This document shows, one piece after another, positions 52,504-64,000 of a stretch of DNA of 64,000 nucleotides. The notes under the pieces were generated by a model, which saw only the letters and a list, made by a program, of their open reading frames with translations, was not told where the DNA came from and did no database searches. A program made the translations under genes and the position numbers. Location of the stretch: contig NW_019091356.1 of NCBI RefSeq assembly GCF_001949145.1, positions 992,789 to 1,056,788 on the forward strand, read 5' to 3'. The DNA is from Acanthaster planci (taxonomy: Eukaryota). How positions within the stretch are numbered: position 1 is the stretch's first letter; each line of letters opens with the position of its first letter.

Positions 52504-55500
52504 ATTACCAGCTTTATTTCTGCGGAAATACTTCAAGCCTGTGGAATTGGAAGTTGACACATTCACAAAGGCCGGAAAATGAGAATTTGGCATTTTCTCA
52601 CTTTTCAATAAATGATGGCTTCAAAATTTTTGAGTCAAAGAGTGTTGAATCTTTCCTGGGAACACGACCTATCTGTTTAACGAGAAGCAAAAAACAGCCC
52701 AAACTTTTGTCCATGCTCTGAAAAGCAACACAAAGCCCACGCGCATATGAATGAACAAACCCCCTTCCCTGAAAGACAGGGAAGAATTTGATGGCATTTA
52801 CAGAGAGGGGATCTCTGTGTACACACCAACCACAACAACATTCTAGGCTCCAACACCATTTTCGCTCCCCTTTCTGCCGTCCACCCTAAACCCTCTTGTG
52901 TACACCCTCACCATAGGTCGCCCCGCAGCTTTTCTCCTGGCCCATTCAAATGCAAATGCCAAGAGCCACTTGGGCCAGTGCTTTTTTTCCCCCCGATGGT
53001 AAGCCCTTCGAAGTCAAACCTCTGTGCAAGGCTAAATGTACATGTATACATGTCTGCTCTGCTCGCCCATCACTTATCTTATCAGTCTGCTTCAAACACA
53101 TGTTCATTCAGATGAAGAGAGGATTTGAAAGGAAAGGACGGTGTGGGAAAACAAAGTGTATGGTATTTATTTCCCATCGGAGACTTCTGAGAGTTATTAC
53201 CGTAACCTCAACAATTCTCTACTCATATTGAAGCTGATCTTGACTTAAACCCTGGATCTGACCCAAATTTTAGTGGGCCGTCCCTGAACTTCGTTGGCTC
53301 AGGTAGGTTTTCCAGCTTTATGAGAAAGCCTGTCCAAAGTTAATATTCTCCATGTTCCGCTGATGCCCTATTGAGATAACCGTGGCATTTCCATGTCTCC
53401 TCAGCGGGAAGGCTCCACAACTTCTGTAACATGGCTCTCGCCAGTGCTTCCAATCCTATCTTGATGGGGCTACTTGAAATATTTCCGTGTCCAAACAGAT
53501 AATCATACACAATCACTCAACTTTATTAAACTATTTAAGCGATGCCATGTTATCGAATACAAGAGTGTGCCATAGGGACAAAGGGCACGTTGATGGCACA
53601 CAACCTACTCCACTGTACACAGGGCCCCTGAACGGTGGTTACACATTGCTGGCTACAAACAGGGCCGAGAGTATCCAACCAAAAGGTCAAAGGTTGATGG
53701 CAGAATAAGAGTTGGTCAAGAGCAAGGTCAATCTAGAAATAATCTGGCTGGAAAAACAACGGGGAGATACAAGAGCCCAACTGGAATGCAATGAAAAGCA
53801 ATTCTATCCAAGTTGATGATGTCCCCATGCAGACAATTCTTTACCTTTAGGAATATCTGTTTACCCCATCCATTTCTCCTGGGAGTTTGTATTTTTCTAA
53901 TCTATCTTTAAGTAACTGACTGAATTATAAGTTTTTGCAAGTGTAGGAAGTATTAACTTCGATGAGCATATTCGCCACTAGCAACTGCTTCTCACTGGAA
54001 CTTACTTTTACATGATGGCTATAAAAGATCTAACAAATACTTGTAATTTTTATTTGAAAGTCTTCTGAGGTTGAAGGTGCCAAGAAGTAAAGGGCAAATG
54101 TGAACCCTGCTGAACATTCTCCAATAAAGTCATAGACATCTGGATGATTTCTTTTTTTTCTGCACCTACGGTTTGTGACAATGACATGCGACAGCAACTC
54201 TTCACAGCCAGAGTAAAAAAATCCCGCACTGGAACACACCCTTATTCAAATAACTCTGTCAAAAGTGGAACATAGATCACTGTTTCTCTCCAACTATTCA
54301 CTTCAAGCCTGTCCGGTTCCTATAATTCCATGCTTCATTTAATACAGAATTTTAGTGACAGGCATTCAGGCACACCGGAAGGGGCTCATGCTCTAAACAA
54401 AAATGTGGGTTTCTCCCAAGGTCACTTTGAAATAAAACCAAGTTCCTGGGATTACGCTGCTTTGCTCAAATTAGGAATCTGCATTTCAGACAAATACATG
54501 AAGAGCCCTGCACTCGTCCTGATCCATACCACACTTAACCCTCTTTGCTATTCCAGTGTCGTGGGTTTTTTTCAAACCACAACACTACGTGTTAACTTTG
54601 TGCCTGGCATACTTTTGCTCAGCAAGCATGGCTTAATAAGAATAACCATTATATCTTTTACTTTATTACATGTAAGGAAACATGTTTTAGTGGAAGGGGT
54701 GAAGCTGAGGGTTACGGCCGACTGGTTCTGTGAAGGAAGGCAGAATGCTAATTTAAGCTACGCTTTTGCTAACCCACCAGAACTCCTGACATTCAATGGT
54801 GGGACAGACACAAGCTGGCACAAATTTAAGCAGCGATTATTCTGCTCTGGGCTGTCATTTTCTAACTTTCAGGAATAAATTTTTGGTTCATGCTAGATTA
54901 GCAATCAGATAAGTCAAGGATGGTCATTAAGAATACATTATACAAATATTACTTGAACAACAAAATACTGACTGGTAGCATTTCGCTGGGCAAAAGGACT
55001 CTGCCTTTCCTGTAATTCCTTAACAGTAAATCAAAGAAAACACCAATAAAACCCCGGTTTTGCACTTCAATGCAAATCCACTGATCACAGATGAACAATA
55101 TAAACATTTAAAAGCCTTGTCTGACTTTGGGCTCTTGGTGGCAGAGAGTCTCAGCCAATATGGGCACACTATGAAAGAGCTCCATTTTCAAAACTGGGTT
55201 CTTCAAAACTTCACGACTAGCACGATCTGGTCTTCTTCAGTAGACTCCTGAGGCCAACCGGAGCAAGCTAGTCATTTCTGCGTGGGTAACCACTTCGCCT
55301 TCACAGTATATCACATGCTGTAACCGAATGGTACCGGATAAAAAGGCAAATGAACAAACAAGCCAGCCCATGGCTACAACCTTTCTGGAAGGAAAAGGCC
55401 AATTTCTAAATACAACTGTTAACTTTGAGCAATATAAAAAAACTCCCGAAGTCTGATTAACTAAATTCAGCCCAGATTTCTGATGTTTAGTCAAGTCAAG

Positions 55501-57826
55501 CCCCTAGCCACGAGCCAGAACATTATGCTTACTAGAGAGGCCACAAAAAGGAAGACAGCGATCTTTCAGTGGCTAGATTGGGTCCCTAGCAATGAACAAC
55601 TTCCTTCATGGGTTTAAGGAAACTGTGGGGGGGGGAGGAGAAATACCTGGGCTTCCAACATTTTCTCCTCGGGGCAATATCCTGGGACAATCTGGAAACA
55701 CTTGCTCATCCAAACACTTGAACACTTTCCATGTTTCCTCCGCTCTCTTTTTCCTGTCGGTAATGAGACAGTCATGTGGATATGATTGCAATGCTACAGG
55801 GCCTCTCTAAACTTCTCAAACAGACTTCTAGAAGATTACAAAATGTGAAGGTGTAATCCAACAGTGCTCATCATGAAGTGTGCAGCGTTTCCCACCAAAC
55901 AAAAAACAAACACAGCAGACACAGTTTGGCTACAAGACAGAAGTAAGCAAGCGATCAAAATACATGTAACTGCAACAGGATCACTGCTGATTCAATGTAT
56001 AAGATTGGGTTTACATTGCTTACTTCTTTAAAACCGACAGTGACGGTGTTAACAACTACAAGACCAACATTTTCCAATTTTTAAGTAATTGCTTGGTTTT
56101 CAGCACTTTCAATAAGTTCAAGAAAATAATTTGGATGATGACATCATCTCTGCAATTCTGCTTTCATAGCCTGACTCCTGCCGTCCTGGTGCAACAGTGA
56201 CGGGCAAAGATGTTAGGTATATACTTCTGTTGCCTGAAACCAGGCTACCATCTTACACGTTTGCACTAAAACAGATGGAGAGAAATCAGAGATGTCACGG
56301 TATACTGCACCACTGACTCGCTGCTGACAAACCCTGACTTGTCAAGTGGGATAGAGCATGCTGGGTAAGCTGGCTGTACATGCATGCTCAAGGGAAACCG
56401 AACTGTCTTTGGGGTTGACTATGAAAACATATGTGACCTATGGGTACCAACAGCCCCAGCGTGAGGGCTTCGGAAAGGGAAACAGATAGTCCAGATGTGG
56501 TTGTGGGATTAAAATGTGGTGACCTGAGGTTTCAATTCAAGAAGTAGCAACTGAAAAACTTTTATTGTAAAAGTAGAATTTGTTTGGTTGTAAGTTCGTT
56601 CACTCCTCTGACAGTCCGGAATGACATTCTCCCACACTTTTATTTATAACATGTATTTTGGTTTTTTAAATTATTCTTTTGGGGGGAAAATTGTGCAGGT
56701 ATTGAAAGTCTGCATGAAATACTGCATGCAATGATCTAACAGGAACCTGTCGTAAAAAGAGAGCAGAATGGTAAATGTTAACTTGTACCACAGGATTTGT
56801 CAAATTTCAAGACTGAGTTCTTGATACTGTTGGTCTTCCCGGAAAGCAGCGAGCCTTAACCATGTCCATGAAAAAAAAAAAAAGCTAAAAAGTGCATTCG
56901 GGTGGCACGCCTGTTACACGTACTGATCCACCGGCTCAATGTGGTACCCCGTTGGTCTTCTCTGTTTGACTGGACATGTTTGCCTCTTCCCCCATCGGAG
57001 CGGGGGAAATAATTTGCTAGCAATCACACGATGGGGTCTCCTCCGTGCGTGTATTTTTGGAATTGTTGTCTTGGGCTCCTGGCTCCAGTGTCGGGGCTTT
57101 TCACAAGATCGCTTTAACCACGTAGAGAGTATGCCATTGGAATCAACTGATGGGGGGGAGTACCATGCTCCCCTAAATATTACAGTGTGGGAGTCCTTGC
57201 AATATAATAAGCAAATCACCAGTACTCAGGAGGTTTTCATTTGTTCAGTGTCATATGTTCAGAAATTGTACCTGTGCAACCTTCAGTCAACAAGGTCAAA
57301 AAGATGACTTGGGTATTTGTTTCCATGATCTCCCTCCCCAATAAATTAACATATTTGTCAAGTGTTTGCCGTGTGAATAGTTTCATCCTTCAGTAATTAC
57401 AGAATCCTCCCATAATTATTGCAGCTCAGGCCCAAAAGAAAAAGCAAGCATAAGTTTTGAAGATTAGGCAGAGGATTGTGCAGAATCACTCGGATTAGTA
57501 CTACTCCCTACACTACAGCTTCTCCCTACCCCCTGTCGGGCCCCATGGCAAGACAAGCAGCCTTTCTTGCCTCATTTATCAAACTCTCCTTCCAGCTCTT
57601 CCCTTCCCAGCCACTACCCCCTCCAGGTATCAAGGCTCAGGGCCGGTGCAAGCTCCTGTTCCCCTCACTCCATCACGGCCAGGCCAACAGGGTATAAAAA
57701 TAAGAGCCAGAGTACAAACTAATGAAAATAACACCCCAAAGAATTACACCAGCTCCAAGTATGTCAGAGGTAAACCTTTTTACTGAAGGGCCTACCCCAT
57801 CCAGCTCACCCTGCAGGTCCCGGGAG

Positions 57827-58723
57827 NNNNNNNNNNNNNNNNNNNNNNNNNNNNNNNNNNNNNNNNNNNNNNNNNNNNNNNNNNNNNNNNNNNNNNNNNN
57901 NNNNNNNNNNNNNNNNNNNNNNNNNNNNNNNNNNNNNNNNNNNNNNNNNNNNNNNNNNNNNNNNNNNNNNNNNNNNNNNNNNNNNNNNNNNNNNNNNNNN
58001 NNNNNNNNNNNNNNNNNNNNNNNNNNNNNNNNNNNNNNNNNNNNNNNNNNNNNNNNNNNNNNNNNNNNNNNNNNNNNNNNNNNNNNNNNNNNNNNNNNNN
58101 NNNNNNNNNNNNNNNNNNNNNNNNNNNNNNNNNNNNNNNNNNNNNNNNNNNNNNNNNNNNNNNNNNNNNNNNNNNNNNNNNNNNNNNNNNNNNNNNNNNN
58201 NNNNNNNNNNNNNNNNNNNNNNNNNNNNNNNNNNNNNNNNNNNNNNNNNNNNNNNNNNNNNNNNNNNNNNNNNNNNNNNNNNNNNNNNNNNNNNNNNNNN
58301 NNNNNNNNNNNNNNNNNNNNNNNNNNNNNNNNNNNNNNNNNNNNNNNNNNNNNNNNNNNNNNNNNNNNNNNNNNNNNNNNNNNNNNNNNNNNNNNNNNNN
58401 NNNNNNNNNNNNNNNNNNNNNNNNNNNNNNNNNNNNNNNNNNNNNNNNNNNNNNNNNNNNNNNNNNNNNNNNNNNNNNNNNNNNNNNNNNNNNNNNNNNN
58501 NNNNNNNNNNNNNNNNNNNNNNNNNNNNNNNNNNNNNNNNNNNNNNNNNNNNNNNNNNNNNNNNNNNNNNNNNNNNNNNNNNNNNNNNNNNNNNNNNNNN
58601 NNNNNNNNNNNNNNNNNNNNNNNNNNNNNNNNNNNNNNNNNNNNNNNNNNNNNNNNNNNNNNNNNNNNNNNNNNNNNNNNNNNNNNNNNNNNNNNNNNNN
58701 NNNNNNNNNNNNNNNNNNNNNNN
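57827..58723. other. Assembly gap (897 N)
   Basis: Run of N characters. Confidence 1.
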
Positions 58724-61700
58724 TAAGGAAGGTGATTACCAGTAGTTAAGAATGTTACAACTCTTCTACCCAGATTCAATTCTTAGCAAATCAGAATGAA
58801 CATTAACTTGATTGCCCTGATGATTCAGTACAGGAAACTTTGCCTAAATAAAATAAAAACCGTAAGCTTTGTTTTTAGCTTTTAGGAACTTAAAAAGGAC
58901 GGAGAGAGTCTTGTATCGTTTACAAGTGTAATTCCAACTTGAACCAATTTTGTAGCTGGTAAGATTATGTAAACTCTTGGCAAGTCTGTAGATCTAATAG
59001 TATTTCTAATCTGGCACACCTGTTTTGACTTTTGTAATTTTTGCCAGCTGTGTTTTTCTCTTGGGACCCTGGTGAAGGATGCCTTGTTGAGTGACAAACG
59101 CACGCTCTCTCCTTGAATACCTCTGCCACATGCAGGCCCCTGACAGTTGTGCTTACACCTAGTACCTACTTCCCTCCAAAGATTTCTCATAACCCTACGC
59201 TCCCCAAATCTCGAAAACAGACCTGTGAAGACACTAGGTGTATACCTACTGATCACTGCTTTAGTCTTCTGTGTACTAGAGAGAACTGGCCCCCCAAAAA
59301 AGTGGTCAGAAAAAGCATGTTTCACCTGGAATAGGATCTCACTGCAAATGAACAGTGGTTGTGAGGTATATGTCATTTCAATTCACATTACTTTATGTTT
59401 GGGGGAAGGGGTGGGACAAGAGAGGAGGGGGGGTACGGCAGTGCTGCTAAGCGCATTTCACTTCCTAAGCACATTTTCTCCTGTAGGCCTACACTTTAAT
59501 TCCAAAATACCCTTTGACAACAAAAAGCCTGTTCCTTTTCTCCCTTTTTTCCCCTTCTGGATAGGTGTTTCCAAAGGACTAGAATGCCATCACTGCTAAT
59601 CTGCCCCTCACTTGTTCCACAACGCTGCACATGAATCCATCTCCACAACAGTCAATCTTTTCTGTAACGGGTACTGTTCTCTTGAAGGTCCTGGTCGTTT
59701 GTTTTTTTTTTTCCCCTGTTGTATGGCCCCTATTGTAACTTGTGTCAAAATTCTCCATGTACGGCCCCTTGTTACGCGTGGGGAAAATTTCTGATGCTCC
59801 AACATTCACCACAAAAAGGCTGTACTGCTAGACTACCCGTGCAATAAATGCACTCGGGGTTGTGACGATGGAATGAACCGACTGCGACTTGATGGGTTGA
59901 GGAGAATAGAACACGGAGAGCCACAGCTATTAGCTATGATTGAAAGACGATGTGTAGCACCAGTTAATGACCCACAGCATGCAGGACAGGGGAGATTTAA
60001 TGAGGCATAACAAGGAAAAAGTCAAAGTGGATTTGCAAGCCCCAAAATGAATGTAACAAAAAAATGAAGCGAACAAATCCACCATTAAAATGTCTGCTAA
60101 AATGATAGGGAGATTTGCTGTATGGTCGCTTAACATTTTATGAGCCAAAGAGGCAATTTGGCAACTAATTGGTCTGGGAGAGGATACAAGAGGATGGCTT
60201 ATTGCAAAGATCGCTGGACTGTGGATGAGCAGTAAAGCAGAGATACATTTTGCTACCAGAATCGGTCACAACTTTGTGTTCCCTCAGCACAAAAAGCCCA
60301 AAGGAATTTAACAACCAATCCACATTAACAACAAATAAGAATCTAACCCCAACCTAAGAACCACAACCAATGCTCACAGACATTTAATTGGCATGCCGAT
60401 CAGGATTTCCCTGGCCAATTCGGTAATTACCAGGGGGAGTAAGACGCCTTGCTGCAATGGCCACATTCTCCTCCAGCCCAAGCTAACAGTACAGACCTCG
60501 GCTGAGCCAGCCTAGCTGGTGCCAGAGTGGCTGGAGAGGCATGGCCCGGCCAAAGACAGTGGAGCCACAGTGGTGAGGCCTGGGTGTACATGTACATTGG
60601 TTTGTGCAAAAGCTTTTACCAGGCATTCACTGCCTTATGCTAATGTCCAGAGCTCTTCTGGTCAGTTAGGCTGTGGGCCATCAGCGAAGCCACAGAAGAG
60701 AGGGGGGGGGATCTTGGGTCACTATTCTATTGCTGTTCCACTTCTGAGAATCATTCCTCCCAGGACGAAGACAGAATAAAAGGGGGAAAAGATCATTTGA
60801 CCATGATTTGACATACCTCATACATGCAGAGATGCTGATCTTCACTATGTATTTTTTCTTTTAACGTCAGCATTCCGAGAGGTTTCCCACACCATTTACT
60901 GAGAATCCCAGCCTTCATTCAATTTCACTGAATTGGAAAGGTCATTTCAAACCAAGCCATTCTTATTCAGGTTTGTTGAACTGCACACAAAATACAGCAT
61001 GTTACAGAGTTCCATGGATGATAAGGAATAAAAACAGAATAACATCCAGTTTAAGGATATCTAAAATTACTTCACAACAGCCAATTTTAGTTTGAGGCTA
61101 AACAAACCTTTGACAAGTGAAGCATACCCCACCGGTGCCTCGTTTGATATTCTTCAGTGAGATGCAACCACAAATTACCTTACATTTGTCACCTTCAAGA
61201 TGTGCCTAATAAAAACTTAAGCCAATAATTTTAATTAATTGCAGGAAAAACATTTCAAGCCCTGTACAACTAATCCACACCTCTGACTGACTTATTCCCC
61301 CCCCCAAAAAAAAATATGGCATGAGTGGGTGGGTGACAGCAAGTGCTCGCCCACAGTGCGGCAGTGCAGAGGCACATCTCCAATTCTAATCATCCCCCCC
61401 CAAGCGTCTTCTTGGGGCAGCTTTGATACTCCCGAGGGGGTTGGTGAGGGATACATTGCCAGGAGGTAATGACCACAGGGGGATCAGCCTTGCAAATGAG
61501 TTGATGGCATATAGGTGTGAGGGAGGTAGGCCCACAGGAATGCACAAATGCCTGATTGCTGGCAATATTTCACCAGGCCAAGTGGCAATGGGGGGAAAAA
61601 CGCCAGCAGCAACATAAGCAGTTCAACTTTGAAACAATTTCCACCAGTTATCAATGCAAACCATTCAGAATTCACTCCACTGCAATTTTCAGCCCGCTTC

Positions 61701-63198
61701 GATGTGTTACAAAGGTGAAACAATCAATATCAACCTACTTGAAAGAAAATCAGAACACACTGATCACTGGCCTACACAGGAAGCATGACGTAAACTGGAT
61801 CCATTTCAAGAACAGTCATGGCGCCAGCTAATACCAACAAATACCATGAACAGAGACCATTGTCTCTGCAGCTTAATCCCCACATTGGCCAGAGCAAAAG
61901 GAGACAAGTCAATGTGCCTGGTTCTTGTAATACAGATTAGGGCCCAGGGATTTGGGATTTAGACCGCCTTCAGAAGAACTAATGACTTCAGCACACTTTT
62001 TTATGTCCACACAGCAACAGACAAAGTTGGACAAATCCTTTCCTGACAATAAACAGTCTTTGGGAAGCTTTTATTTACTCACCCGCCCTAATGGAACATA
62101 AAGATAAGACATCAATTACCAAAGAACTAAATAGAAGCCTTGCTCAATCATTGCATTGACGCACACTCGTGAAATAGTTTAACATTTACAATGCATGAGG
62201 TATGTTATTGTGTGCAAGAACTTTTTTACAGAACCATATTTTATGAGTTCACTTAGTCCAAGGACAAAACAACTATTAGCTTTTTCCATCACTCCATTCC
62301 AATATTTCCAATTAACAACTGTAACACTTAGGTTTTTTCACGTTCATAACTTTTCTGCTATTGGAAATTTCTCAGTAAAAAAAGAAACTTTAAAATTTGA
62401 AACCTAAATTTGTTTGTTCTTTAGTAAGTTTGCAGTAGTGATATTTAATATTTATGGCTTGGTTGAGCCGAGTCTTTGTTTAGTTTGAGTTAAAGAAATT
62501 TAACATTGACTTTAAGAATGTCTGTGAAATCCCACGCCATGTTCACCGAAATACGACTTCCAAAGACTGCTTTCAATATAAAAACATCAGCATAAATCAT
62601 CTTTGGGCAGGAAGAACTCTTTCAGGTAACTGAAAAACAAGTAGTCATGTCCAACATCTGACTTCGACCGTACCCAACTCTTCCAACTTTTAACCTGAGC
62701 TGCACATTTACGCAGTGAATCTTTGAGTCGATTAATCATAGGCGAGGACATTACTACTATTGCACAGGCATGAACTCATATACAATGTATTCAACTTGTA
62801 TGACAGCACTTCCTTCAGAAAGTAACAAATTAGTACAAATGTTTAGAAATTAATCATGGGCTGATTCATGATCAGACTAGAGATGTTGACACTGTGTTAG
62901 TTCGACACTAAAACAGATTTGAATGATGCCTTTCAATGCTACTGGACGATCAGGATATCCATGACGGCCAGGATTGCAATGGCATGACCATTTAATACAT
63001 TTGGAAATTCAACATTTTGAAAGAACAAGCACCTTCTTATCTTAATACCTTTAATTGTGAAAAGTTCTTTCCTTCCAATTTCAGAAACGTATTCCAGTCC
63101 TGTTAGATTAGGGTATAGTAAATGGACATGATGGATTTTGGAATGGATGATTACGGGGGAGGGGGAAAGTTAACAGGGGTTTGAACTGTTTCACGAAC

Positions 63199-63327
63199 CT
63201 GCATCTGCGTAGGGTTGATGCCGCTGACTTGGTGTATTTCCTGTTTCGGTGCTTTCGCCAAAATCCACAGTGGAGCCAGTCGTAGAGATGGAGGCCTGGG
63301 TGAAACGACTCTGGCTGAGGCTGGCGG
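63199..63327 (-). CDS. Smad6: Smad6/7 penultimate (linker) exon, 129 nt: xASLSQSRFTQASISTTGSTVDFGESTETGNTPSQRHQPYADA(D)
   Basis: Acceptor ccttgcctccacctttcag| and donor G|gttcgt on the minus strand. Phase 1 at both ends. The terminal G joins AT of the MH2 exon to give GAT (Asp) in frame. Ser/Thr-rich peptide with STETG, resembling the TET motif of the I-Smad linker. Confidence 0.85.
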
Positions 63328-64000
63328 CTGAAAGGTGGAGGCAAGGAATGAGGGAAAATAAAAACCATCTGTTATTGTCCAGCATAAAAGGTGGAAGTAA
63401 TTACCAGCCTTCTATTGCAAATACTGTGCTCACTGTCAGTTGCCAGGACTTGGCTCTGAAACGCATGGGAGCCACTTGCTGAACTTTGCAGCATGAACGG
63501 TGCCAGTGAGGATTAGCAGCTACTGTGGGAGGCCAATTAAGAGTAGCTTTTCCATTCTTTAAGAAAAGACATGCTTTTACAGCTCCTACATAATGGCAGG
63601 TGTTGAGATTTGAGATGCCATGTTGAATAGATGGTTTAGCAGTCACTCATGAATATGCAGGACAAAATGTTGACTGACTTCAGCCAAGAAAAAGAAACTT
63701 GGATTATAAGTAATTTTCATTGTGCTTTAAATGCTTTAATAATTCTGATAAAAAATCAACTCCAGCACAGTTTCCCTTAATATTGTTATTCTTAAGGTTC
63801 ATATTAATTTTGTACACAATTTCGCTCCAATAGTTTCATTTTTTTTGGTTTAAATGCCTGTGGGTCAAACCCAATGTAACACCAACCTTCCGTTTTGGAC
63901 CTCTCGACCGGAAATCTACTGTATGGAGGTGGCGGCGATTCTACAATGCAACACACAAAAAAAAAAACACAGGAGAGAGAAAACGTAAGAAATTCCTACT

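Larger units (their letters stand above)
36775..63198 (-). other. Smad6: Last intron of Smad6/7, about 26.4 kb including the N gap
   Basis: GT...AG ends defined by the two exons above. Plus strand looks A/C-rich and CpG-poor, consistent with a minus-strand gene body. Confidence 0.8.

Noticed and set aside
54330..54878. 182-aa plus-strand ORF antisense to the Smad6/7 intron
   Set aside because: No recognisable motif; length is plausible by chance.
57673..58779. Two long ORFs (368 and 334 aa)
   Set aside because: Artefacts of translating through the N gap.

Overview
Eukaryotic (metazoan) genomic DNA, mostly non-coding, with one assembly gap (57827-58723). Gene structure, repeat types and mosaic CpG depletion suggest an invertebrate deuterostome such as an echinoderm (inference). 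The clear gene is an inhibitory Smad (Smad6/7) on the minus strand: a terminal MH2 exon (36236-36774) and a 129-nt linker exon (63199-63327), joined in phase across an intron of about 26.4 kb. Its 5' exons lie beyond the window. A second, unidentified gene appears to end on the plus strand (candidate exons 14123-14235 and 14765-14784, AATAAA at 14883), convergent with Smad6/7. The two gene bodies look CpG-poor. The region between them (about 16.7-35.4 kb) looks CpG-rich and carries Smad/BMP-response-like motifs. Also present are three small non-autonomous DNA transposons with visible TSDs, a 36-bp-arm hairpin, a Penelope-type hammerhead-like relic, minisatellites and microsatellites. Nearly all other ORFs in the six-frame track look spurious. 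I found no CRISPR array and no demonstrably new system; the best leads are regulatory.
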